Assembly: GCA_963977015.1 (NCBI GenBank)
Contig: CAXBMO010000045.1
Location: forward strand, 1 to 23,804
Direction: 5' to 3'
From: an uncultured bacterium
GTDB taxonomy: Bacteria; Verrucomicrobiota; Verrucomicrobiia; Verrucomicrobiales; DEV007
Length of the DNA stretch: 23,804 nucleotides
A model generated the notes under the pieces. It saw only the letters and a list, made by a program, of their open reading frames with translations, was not told the origin of the DNA and ran no database searches. Shown piece after piece: positions 16,309 to 23,804 of the stretch (position 1 is the first letter of the stretch; each line of letters opens with the position of its first letter). Both the position numbers and the translations under genes were made by a program.

Positions 16309-17460
16309 CTAAAGCGCCTGAAGCACGTGTTTCAGGCTAAGCATTGCGTAGCTGGTGACCAAAATGGGATCATCTTCCCACCAGCGGCTCGAACCATCGT
16401 TGATCCATGAACCGTCCGCTTTTTGGAACGCGATGAGCTTTTTCGCCAGCTCTTGCTTCCAATTCGCCTTGCCACCATCGGCAAGCGACAACTCATCAAT
16501 TCCGGCCAACGAAAGGGCCTTTGCCATGGTGTGGTAGTAGTAAAACTGTCCTTGCGCGCCCATGTGCGGATTCTCTTCGAGTGTGTAGTTTCTGCCGAGC
16601 CACTTCTTTACTGCTGTGATGCGTTTGTCGTTGGGATCCATGTCGGCGTAAATGAAGCTGAGCAGACCTGCGTAGCTCATGCTGCCATAGGAGCGCAGCG
16701 CCACCTTGGTTTTGGTGGAATGCTCCTCCACTTCGCCCGCCTTGGAATCACCGGGGAAATAAACGAATCCGCCGCGATCCTGATCCGCCACCGCGATGTA
16801 GTCCAAGTCATTGCTTCCTTCCAGATTCTGGCAGCGCGAGACGAAATGGATTGCCGCGTTCCAATCCAGATCCAGCCCAACTCCTCCGGGCCGGTCGGCG
16901 AGCACTTGCTTGGAGTAATAGAGAGCCTCCATTGCAAGATGGGTGTTGGAGAGGTCTGAGTGCGGGTGGCTGCCTCCGTAACCGATGCCGCCGTCGAACG
17001 GGCTATCCAGTTCGCCTCTCACGTCTTCATCGGCCTGTTGGTTGATGAGGAAACGCCGCGCCTGGCGAATTGCTTCCTCGATTCCGGGCTGATTGGCCAC
17101 GTGGGTCAACGACATCAGCGAAAGCGCGGTATTGTAGGTCGCCAGGCCCTTGCCGTAAATTGCGCCGTTGCGATGTTGTTTGGAGAGAATGAAATCGTAA
17201 CCCTTGGCAAGGTTTTCGGGTAATTTGGCGTTGCTCTCCAAGCCTGAATTACGCATCAGCGCGGAAAGGGGCATCGCCGTCAGCGCGGGATAGGTTTCGT
17301 CGCCCCAGGATCCAGATTCATTCTGCTTCGATTCCAGCCAGGCCGCGCCTTTGGCCAGGGTGGCCTCGATTTCAGTTTTCAATGCCTCATCAGCGATGAC
17401 GCCGGAGAGTTGAGCCACGGTGAACAAGGCAACCAGGAAAGGGGTCGATCGGGTTTTCAT
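16309..17460 (-). CDS. Secreted prenyltransferase/squalene-oxidase-repeat (alpha6-alpha6 barrel) protein
   Basis: 383 aa from ATG 17460 with signal peptide MKTRSTPFLVALFTVAQLSGVIA. QW-type repeats WLESKQNESGSW, FILSKQHRNG, FLINQQ..DGGIGY, FVSRCQ..GGFVY, LIAFQKADGSW. No DXDD motif. Confidence 0.85.
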   Translation of the reverse strand: MKTRSTPFLVALFTVAQLSGVIADEALKTEIEATLAKGAAWLESKQNESGSWGDETYPALTAMPLSALMRNSGLESNAKLPENLAKGYDFILSKQHRNGAIYGKGLATYNTALSLMSLTHVANQPGIEEAIRQARRFLINQQADEDVRGELDSPFDGGIGYGGSHPHSDLSNTHLAMEALYYSKQVLADRPGGVGLDLDWNAAIHFVSRCQNLEGSNDLDYIAVADQDRGGFVYFPGDSKAGEVEEHSTKTKVALRSYGSMSYAGLLSFIYADMDPNDKRITAVKKWLGRNYTLEENPHMGAQGQFYYYHTMAKALSLAGIDELSLADGGKANWKQELAKKLIAFQKADGSWINDGSSRWWEDDPILVTSYAMLSLKHVLQAL

Positions 17461-17481
17461 CGCTTGCAGGGAATCCATGCT

Positions 17482-17523
17482 CCGCGGTGACACAAGTGAA
17501 AGCGGCTTCTGCCGCGGTGACAC
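17482..17523. repeat. Perfect 12-bp direct repeat CCGCGGTGACAC x2
   Basis: Copies at 17482-17493 and 17512-17523 (30-bp period) in the divergent intergenic region. Confidence 0.75.
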
Positions 17524-17530
17524 TTTCAAA

Positions 17531-17571
17531 TCGGGCAGATTCTGTCCAGCTAGTGGCTAAAATTTGTCCAC
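17531..17571. promoter_or_regulatory. Two tandem 19-bp palindromic sites, candidate binding sites of the adjacent NtrC-like regulator
   Basis: TCGGGCAG-ATT-CTGTCCAG (17531-17549) and GTGGCTAA-AAT-TTGTCCAC (17553-17571), 22 bp apart. Same motif as 19883-19901. Confidence 0.6.
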
Positions 17572-17666
17572 GCGGAAACTTCCCGGCTCCATCCGGTCAA
17601 GAGCCTTGCCACGATTGCGTTTCTTGGTGATACCGACACCCAACACACACGAACCCCACATCATCC

Positions 17667-19838
17667 ATGAAACTGCCGAGCTATCTCCTTTCTGCCACGT
17701 TGTTGGCATCCACCACGTTTGCCCAAGACAACGCATCGGATGCCATTTTCCCGGTCAATCCCGATCCTGTGATTGGCGAGTTGGAACCATTTGTTGTCAC
17801 TGCTTCACGCGTCGATGAAACCTGGTTCGAGGCACCCTACGTTGTCGACCAAATTGACGGGACAACACTCCAGGAACGCTCCGTTCGCAGCGTGCCGGAA
17901 GCATTTGAACAGACGCCGGGCGTGGTCGTTCAGAAGACATCCCATGGTCAAGGTTCGCCTTACATTCGGGGGTTTACCGCGTATCACAATCTGTTCCTCA
18001 TTGACGGAGTGCGTCTGAATAACGCCGCCTTTCGGTCCGGGCCGAATCAATACTGGAACACGGTCGATTCCCAAGGACTCCGCGCCATCGAGCTGGTCAA
18101 GTCGCAAGGTTCCGTGTTCTACGGAGCCGATTCAGTTGGCGGGACGGTGCAGGCGTTTACCCATCGGCCCTACTATGCTGATGAGATTCCGGGAGATGGG
18201 AAGAATCCGTCGCAGCCGGGTGGTTCTCTGATGGGTGGGCGCAGTTACTCGCGATACTCGACTGCGGAGAACAGCTTCATCCAGCGTGGCGAAGTTTCGA
18301 TGAGTGAAGCTGGGAAATACGGGCTCATTATCGGAGGTAGCTACAAGGATTTTGGCGACATTCAAGCCGCTGGGCTGGGCACGTTGCCGTTCACCGGTTA
18401 CGATGAGTGGGACTTCGACGGCAAGCTGGAGCTTTTTCTCAACGAGGACACTCGGTTGACGCTGTTTCATCAGCAGGTCCACATTGATGACGCCTGGCGA
18501 GTTCACAAAACCAAGTTCGCCAAGCCATTTGCCGGCACGTCGGTTGGCAGTGAAAACGCGCGGATTTTGGATCAAAGCCGGATGTTGAGCTATCTCCAAT
18601 TGGACGGTGCGGCAGATTCTCCGCTCTTCGAGCACTACACCCTTAGCGTTAGTCACCAGCTTCAGGAGGAGAGTCAGTTCCGCGAGCGTAGTGACGGACG
18701 CGTCGATCGGCAGGGATTCGATGTGAACAGCTACGGCGCATGGGCGCAGTTTGAGAAACCGTTGAGTTTCACCGATCTGGTTTACGGCGCGAGCTATTAC
18801 CAGGACCGGAGTGATTCGTTTCGCCGCGATTTCAACGCTGATGGCTCCTTCAAAGGCGCGAAAATTCAAGGACCAATCGGCGACGATGGGCTGTATCATC
18901 TTGCCAGTGGTTTCGTGAATAGCTCTACGCCACTGGGCGAACGGCTAACCGCTGATGTCGGCGCGCGTTACACCTATGCCGAAGTCGATCTTGCAAAGGT
19001 GGAAGACCCGGTGTCCGGAAATCAGATTTCGATTCAGGATAGTTGGGACAATGTGGTGGGGAGCGGGCGCCTGTCCTACCGGCTTGACCAAGACGACCGT
19101 TTTCGCCTTTTTGGGGGTGTGTCGCAGGCCTTCCGGGCACCGGGATTCTCCGATCTGTCGCGCCTGGACAGCAATCGCAGCAATGAAATCGAAACCCCTG
19201 CGCCCAAATTGGAGCCGGAGGAGTTCCTGACCTACGAAATCGGGATTAAGGCGGAGACCGGGCGCGTTTCCGGTAGCCTGTCTTATTTCTACACGAACGT
19301 GAATAACCTGATTCTGCGCACGCCGACCGGTGCGGTTGTAGATGACTTGTTCGAGGTAACCAAGCTGAATATTGGCGACGGACAGGTGCAGGGGGTGGAA
19401 CTGAACGGTGCGATCAATCTGACGGACAACGTGAATCTGTTCGGCGGATTTGCTTACCAAGACAGTAAGGTTTCAACCTACCCAACCTCCGAGCCGGTGC
19501 TGCGCGATGAGGTGCTCAGCCGTGTGATGCCGACGAACGGATTTGGTGGCGTGCGCTGGGACTTGCTTGATGGGCACTTCTGGATTGAGGGGCTTGTTAG
19601 CGCAGTTGGCCCCGGTGATCGTCTTAACACGCGCGACCGCAGTGATACCCAACGGATCCCGCCCGGCGGCACCCCAAGCTACTGGTTGGCCACGGTGCGC
19701 AGCGGCTACTGGTTGCGGGAGAATACGCTTCTTACCGCTGCGGTGGAGAATATCTTCGACGAAGAATACCGCGCTCACGGTTCGGGCCAAAACGAACCGG
19801 GATTGAACTTTGTCTTCGGCGCGGAGATCCGCTTCTAG
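17667..19838 (+). CDS. TonB-dependent outer-membrane receptor
   Basis: 723 aa with signal peptide. TonB-box-like ELEPFVVTASR, plug motifs PGVVVQ..SPYIRG..LFLIDGVRLN and IELVKSQGSVFYGADSVGGTV, FRAP, VENIFDEEY, and C-terminal Phe. Confidence 0.95.
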   Translation: MKLPSYLLSATLLASTTFAQDNASDAIFPVNPDPVIGELEPFVVTASRVDETWFEAPYVVDQIDGTTLQERSVRSVPEAFEQTPGVVVQKTSHGQGSPYIRGFTAYHNLFLIDGVRLNNAAFRSGPNQYWNTVDSQGLRAIELVKSQGSVFYGADSVGGTVQAFTHRPYYADEIPGDGKNPSQPGGSLMGGRSYSRYSTAENSFIQRGEVSMSEAGKYGLIIGGSYKDFGDIQAAGLGTLPFTGYDEWDFDGKLELFLNEDTRLTLFHQQVHIDDAWRVHKTKFAKPFAGTSVGSENARILDQSRMLSYLQLDGAADSPLFEHYTLSVSHQLQEESQFRERSDGRVDRQGFDVNSYGAWAQFEKPLSFTDLVYGASYYQDRSDSFRRDFNADGSFKGAKIQGPIGDDGLYHLASGFVNSSTPLGERLTADVGARYTYAEVDLAKVEDPVSGNQISIQDSWDNVVGSGRLSYRLDQDDRFRLFGGVSQAFRAPGFSDLSRLDSNRSNEIETPAPKLEPEEFLTYEIGIKAETGRVSGSLSYFYTNVNNLILRTPTGAVVDDLFEVTKLNIGDGQVQGVELNGAINLTDNVNLFGGFAYQDSKVSTYPTSEPVLRDEVLSRVMPTNGFGGVRWDLLDGHFWIEGLVSAVGPGDRLNTRDRSDTQRIPPGGTPSYWLATVRSGYWLRENTLLTAAVENIFDEEYRAHGSGQNEPGLNFVFGAEIRF

Positions 19839-19880
19839 AAGGGAGGGGGCAAACGCGTTTTGATGGTGTTAAAACTCGCC

Positions 19881-19903
19881 AAGTGGACAAAAGTTGGCCA
19901 CTT
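19881..19903. promoter_or_regulatory. Near-perfect palindrome immediately upstream of the two-component genes (candidate autoregulatory site)
   Basis: AAGTGGACAA-AAG-TTGGCCACTT, 9 of 10 positions symmetric, ending 6 bp before GTG 19910. Confidence 0.62.
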
Positions 19904-19909
19904 TGACGG

Positions 19910-21277
19910 GTGATTGCTCGAAAACTGCTTTCCAACGGCCTGTCGCGGCGTCTGGCACTAACTTTGGCCGCTTTCGTCCTGATCGCCTCCCTCGCGCTGG
20001 CTGGCTGGATGCGGAGTTGGAATCAACGGCAGTCCCTGGATGCGTTCCGGGAGCTGGCGGAGAGCAATGCGGCATTCATCAGCGAAACTCGCCTGCCGAA
20101 TTCGCCTGTCCTCGCTCAGCGACTGGCCACGGTGCTGGGGCTGGGGGTGGGGTTTCACTTTGCCGAGGGGGAACCGGGGCAGTGGCCTGAAGGTTTGGGC
20201 CGGGCTATCGAGAGCCTGGCGGCGAAACCCGTGCCCTCTTCGGGGCGCGCCAAAGGATACGAAATCGCCACCGCGCCGCTGGCCGAAACCGATGCGCATC
20301 TGGTGTTGTTGAGGCCAGTCCAAGAGATCGGCGCTGAATTTGCGAAAGGAATTCTGATTCCGGCCTTGGGCTTGGCTCTCGTCTGTGGCGGTTTGGGGTT
20401 GGTGCTGGCAAGAGGTGTCGTTCAGCCGTTGGGCGTCTTGACGGCTTGGTTGCCAAACTTGGAGGTGTCGCCCGGAACCAAGCCCGCGTCAATTACCGCC
20501 CCCATTTTGCAGCGCGAGGACGAAATCGGTCAACTCGGCCGTGCGCTGCAGGATACGACTGCCCGCCTGATCGAGGAGCAGCGCCTGCGTCAGCAATCGG
20601 AACGGCTTGCCACGTTGGGACGGATCGCGACAAGTCTGGCCCACGAAATCAAGAACCCCGCGGCGGCGATCGCGATGCACGCGAAGCTGCTGGAGGCGGA
20701 GGTGGCTGGAGAACCGAGGGAGTCGGTCGATTTGATTGAAGAGGAGGTCGAGCGAATCACTGATTTGGTCAATCAATGGCTCTTTGTCGCCAATTCGCAG
20801 CCCGGAAAAACGCGGAAGCGCGATCTGCGGGAATTGGTCCACAGTGTGAGTCGAAGGCTGAGGCCCGCGCTGGATCACGCCCAGGTGCGTTTTCATTTGG
20901 AGGAATCAGGTCCTGCCATGGTGGAGGTGGATGCGCCACGGATGGAACAGGTGATCCGGAATCTACTCTTGAATGCGGCACAGGCGATGCCGGAGGGCGG
21001 GGAGATTCGGGCAAAAATCGACACCGGGAGCGAATCGGACCTGGTAATTCTAACGGTGGAGGACGAGGGGGCAGGATTCAGTGATGAGGCGTTACAACGC
21101 TTTGGCGAGCCGTTCTTCTCCGAGCGCGAAGGTGGGATGGGTATTGGCTTAACGCTTTCCAAGGAAGTGCTGGAGGCGCATGGGAGCTCGATTCGACCGG
21201 AGAATAACCCGAAAGGTGGCGCGCGCGTGATCTGCCGTTTTCCGAACCCTGACCGTGCCACCAAAAAAACATCATGA
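19910..21277 (+). CDS. Membrane sensor histidine kinase (2 TM, HAMP, HisKA, HATPase_c)
   Basis: 455 aa, GTG start. Two hydrophobic segments, REDEIGQL (HAMP), H-box LAHEIKNP, N-box NLLLNAAQA, DEGAGF, EPFFS, GMGIGL. Confidence 0.93.
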   Translation: MIARKLLSNGLSRRLALTLAAFVLIASLALAGWMRSWNQRQSLDAFRELAESNAAFISETRLPNSPVLAQRLATVLGLGVGFHFAEGEPGQWPEGLGRAIESLAAKPVPSSGRAKGYEIATAPLAETDAHLVLLRPVQEIGAEFAKGILIPALGLALVCGGLGLVLARGVVQPLGVLTAWLPNLEVSPGTKPASITAPILQREDEIGQLGRALQDTTARLIEEQRLRQQSERLATLGRIATSLAHEIKNPAAAIAMHAKLLEAEVAGEPRESVDLIEEEVERITDLVNQWLFVANSQPGKTRKRDLRELVHSVSRRLRPALDHAQVRFHLEESGPAMVEVDAPRMEQVIRNLLLNAAQAMPEGGEIRAKIDTGSESDLVILTVEDEGAGFSDEALQRFGEPFFSEREGGMGIGLTLSKEVLEAHGSSIRPENNPKGGARVICRFPNPDRATKKTS

Positions 21278-22554
21278 GTATGCCGCAAGTTCTGATCGTG
21301 GAAGACGAACGAGCCCTCAGTCTGGCTTTGGCGGCAGCGGTTCGCCAGGCTGGAGCGACAAGCGAGGTGGCCCCGACTGCCGCGCAAGCCCGCCGGAAGC
21401 TGAACGAGGCTTCCAAGCCATTCTCGGCAATGATCCTGGACATCGGCCTGCCCGATGAGAATGGGCTGAGCTTTTTGGATAGTCTGCCTGATGGGGCGCG
21501 CCCTCCGACGCTCGTAATTACCGCACATGGTGGGATTGAGAATACGATCCAGGCTCGCAAACTCGGGGTGCGCGAGTTCTTTCCCAAACCGCTCGAATTC
21601 GACGAGTTCAAGAGCACACTCACGAGCTTGATTGGCGAAGTTCGGGATGCGCAACCGGCCCAAGAGCCTTCCGCTGCCTTCATCGGCGCCGCTCCATCGA
21701 TGCGTCCGGTGTTCCAGCAAATCGCTCATGCCTGCGCAAGTGATGCGACGGTGTTGATCACGGGCGAGACCGGAACCGGCAAATCTCTCGTGGCTGACCT
21801 AGTTCAACGAAACAGCGAGAACTCATCCCAGCCGGTGATCACGTTTCGCCCCAGCTCACAGAATCAATCTGCGGAGTTGGTTGCAGCCTTGGAGCGAGCT
21901 TTAACCGGCATTCTCATCGTGGATGATGTCGGTGAGCTCCAAGCCGACGCTCAAGCCGAGCTTCTGCAAAATTGGGAACGTGACCAAGAGACTTTTCCCC
22001 GTATCCTGGCCGCAACTGGAACGAATTTGCGGGAAGCTGTTGAAAACAGTCAGTTTCGCAGTGAGCTGTTTTACCGACTTCAGGTTCTGGAAATTAGTCT
22101 CCCTCCCTTGCGCGATCGGCTGGAGGATTTACCGGCGTTGTTCGAATTCTTCGTGGCGCAACTTCAACCGGGACGCGGCATTTCCGCTGACGATGACGTT
22201 TTGTCCCGTCTGGAATCGTATGCCTGGCCCGGGAACCTTCTCGAGCTTCGCAACGTGGCGTCCTACGCTCTGACCGCGTGCGGAGCGGGATCGAGGATCG
22301 GGCTCAATCATCTTCCCGAACATCTCATCTCTGCCGATTCTCCGAAAGAATTCGATATTGGGAAGGAACTTGGAGACGCTTTGGGAACGTGGCTCGATTC
22401 GCACCAAGAATTGCCGACCTATCGTGAGTTGGCTGATGATGTTGAACGAATCCTTATCAAACAACTTTTGGCAAGGCACGACGGAAAGTTAGCCAGGGTG
22501 GCCAGTGCGATGGGTGCGAATCGGACCACCCTCCGGAAGAAGTTGAAGGGGTAA
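21274..22554 (+). CDS. NtrC-family response regulator (REC-AAA+-Fis HTH) with a degenerate sigma54-interaction domain
   Basis: 426 aa, ATGA overlap with the kinase. REC motifs LIVEDE, LDIGLPD, TAHG, KP. Walker A GETGTGKS, FRSELFYRL, LPPLRDR, YAWPGN, HTH MGANRTTLRKKL. No GAFTGA. Confidence 0.92.
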   Translation: MSMPQVLIVEDERALSLALAAAVRQAGATSEVAPTAAQARRKLNEASKPFSAMILDIGLPDENGLSFLDSLPDGARPPTLVITAHGGIENTIQARKLGVREFFPKPLEFDEFKSTLTSLIGEVRDAQPAQEPSAAFIGAAPSMRPVFQQIAHACASDATVLITGETGTGKSLVADLVQRNSENSSQPVITFRPSSQNQSAELVAALERALTGILIVDDVGELQADAQAELLQNWERDQETFPRILAATGTNLREAVENSQFRSELFYRLQVLEISLPPLRDRLEDLPALFEFFVAQLQPGRGISADDDVLSRLESYAWPGNLLELRNVASYALTACGAGSRIGLNHLPEHLISADSPKEFDIGKELGDALGTWLDSHQELPTYRELADDVERILIKQLLARHDGKLARVASAMGANRTTLRKKLKG

Positions 22555-22929
22555 GCTAGAGCGTTTTTGAGGAGCCATTTCTGTGGGAATGTAGCCCGTT
22601 GTAACAGAGATCCTGCGGTCGACTTCCTTTCGGTGGAGCATCTTGCGTGTTCAGCGTTTCTGGAGCGCAGGGGAACAAGAACAAGATTTAAAGGAAGAAC
22701 CAGCGCTACTCACGAGTGTCCTTCGGATATGAACACGAGAAATAGATGGTTTTTCCGATGGGGGCTCGGTATCGCCATTCTGAGTTGCTCCAAACCGAGT
22801 CAATGAGTGGATTGATTCGCCACCACTTTACGTCCGGGCTCTGGCACAGCGGGCGAATTTTTCAGCGCGTGGTTAGCTGCCCCCAATTTGGTTCGACAGG
22901 ATCGGTGTCCATTGATACGAAAGACGCCC

Positions 22930-23616
22930 ATGCATTGCTACCTCCTTTCCCTCGTTCTTGGGTTATCCGTCGCCCTTTCCTCCGCCGAATCTGACAAGAT
23001 ACGGGTCGTTCTCGCCGGTGACTCCACGGTCACGGATTCGGAGGGCTGGGGCGCGGCCTTTGCCGAGCGGCTGACATCTGAGGCGAAATGCATCAACCTG
23101 GCAGTCGGAGGCCGAAGTTCGAAGAGCTTCCGCGACGAAGGCCACTGGAAGAAAGTCCTGAAAGCGAAGCCGGATTTTGTGCTGATCCAGTTCGGTCACA
23201 ACGACATGCCAGGCAAAGGCCCCAAGCGCGAGACCGACCCTGAAACCACGTTTCGTGAAAACATGACCCGCTATGTTCGGGAAGCCCGGGCCGCCGGGGC
23301 ACAACCCATTCTCATCACCTCGCTGACTCGGCGCATCTGGGTCGATGGCAGGATTCAGGGGGAGTTGAAACCTTGGGCCGATGCCACCCGCAAGGTCGCG
23401 GAGGAGGAAAAGATTCCGCTGATCGATCTATTTGCCCGCAGCGTCGAACTCCACGAGAAACTCGGCCTCGAAGCCTCCGCCGAGTTCAATCCGCCCGGCA
23501 AGAATGGAAAAATCGACCGCACACATCTTTTCGGAACCGGAGCCGACATCATCGCGAACCTCATCGTGGAGGAATTGCGCGGCGCAGTCCCTGAATTGGC
23601 GAAGTTCCTGGAGTAG
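22930..23616 (+). CDS. Secreted SGNH/GDSL hydrolase, rhamnogalacturonan acetylesterase (CE12)-like
   Basis: 228 aa from ATG 22930 with signal peptide. Blocks GDST, NLAVGGRSSKSF, IQFGHND, DRTH, giving an intact Ser-Asp-His triad. Confidence 0.9.
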   Translation: MHCYLLSLVLGLSVALSSAESDKIRVVLAGDSTVTDSEGWGAAFAERLTSEAKCINLAVGGRSSKSFRDEGHWKKVLKAKPDFVLIQFGHNDMPGKGPKRETDPETTFRENMTRYVREARAAGAQPILITSLTRRIWVDGRIQGELKPWADATRKVAEEEKIPLIDLFARSVELHEKLGLEASAEFNPPGKNGKIDRTHLFGTGADIIANLIVEELRGAVPELAKFLE

Positions 23617-23618
23617 GG

Positions 23619-23711
23619 AAGTTTCAGGGGAGATGTCACCGATGCGGCGAAGAATTCGTCGAGTTTCTGGATGAGGCTGGGGTGGACTACCACCCGAAAT
23701 ACTAGGACTGA
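23619..23711 (+). pseudogene. tnpA: Remnant 3' end of an IS200/IS605-family (Y1) transposase
   Basis: Translates as KFQGRCHRCGEEFVEFLDEAGVDYHPKY*D*, resembling the QEEHH..F.EE...FL...GV.YD.KYL tail of one TnpA subgroup. Has an in-frame TAG and no start, and is followed directly by REP-like hairpins. Confidence 0.55.
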
Positions 23712-23722
23712 CTTCGGTGCTG

Positions 23723-23804
23723 GCATCCCTTCGGGATGCGGAAATGGGGTTCTGTATTCCGTGGGTGTCGCTCGTTCCTCGCTCAACCCACGGCTAATTG
23801 CTGA
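23723..23804 (+). repeat. REP-like palindromic repeat (runs off window end)
   Basis: Hairpin GCATCCC-TTC-GGGATGC (23723-23739), then CCGTGGGT (23759-23766)-GTCGCTCGTTCCTCGCTCA-ACCCACGG (23786-23793)-CTAATTGCT. Same family as 1-56. Confidence 0.75.

Noticed and set aside
16309-17460. Squalene-hopene or oxidosqualene cyclase call
   Set aside because: It has only one barrel, a signal peptide, and no DXDD or DCTAE motif.
17597-17611. Possible sigma54 promoter on the minus strand, TGGCAAGGCTCTTGA
   Set aside because: The -12 element reads GA rather than GC, the palindromic sites would lie downstream of it, and the adjacent regulator lacks GAFTGA. Not excluded, but unsupported.
17667-19838. Specific haem or B12 receptor call
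   Set aside because: FRAP is present, but NPNL is degenerate (APKL) with no His between the two. No cobalamin riboswitch or clear Fur box was recognised upstream.
22842-22857. TGGCAC upstream of the esterase as a sigma54 -24 box
   Set aside because: There is no TTGC at the required spacing.
1-23804. CRISPR array, tRNA, rRNA, integrase or intact IS
   Set aside because: No regularly spaced repeat-spacer units, cloverleaf or rRNA-like segments, or complete recombinase/transposase ORFs were found.

Overview
GC-rich bacterial DNA. Gene content (DUF1592/DUF1552 pairs, A/C-rich leaders mostly without Shine-Dalgarno sites) points to the PVC superphylum, most likely Verrucomicrobiota (inference). 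There are 14 credible CDSs in four blocks. (1) A minus-strand operon at 103-6669: DUF1592 di-haem cytochrome-like protein, inserted four-helix-bundle gene, DUF1552, and two paralogous secreted proteins built from three beta-rich repeats. (2) A divergent secreted GH120-like beta-helix protein. (3) A second minus-strand operon at 9484-16002: beta-propeller/cytochrome c fusion, DUF1592, DUF1552, with an RpoE-type promoter match. (4) A secreted prenyltransferase/squalene-oxidase-repeat protein divergent from a TonB-dependent receptor, a histidine kinase and an NtrC-like regulator lacking GAFTGA, followed by an SGNH esterase. Non-coding signals: inverted 7-bp-period repeats bracketing the four-helix-bundle gene, a 19-bp palindrome in three copies around the TonB/two-component module, two perfect palindromes inside operon 1, REP-like elements at both window ends, and a decayed IS200-type tnpA tail. 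No rRNA, tRNA or CRISPR array was seen. Family calls come from motif recognition by eye; no database search was run.
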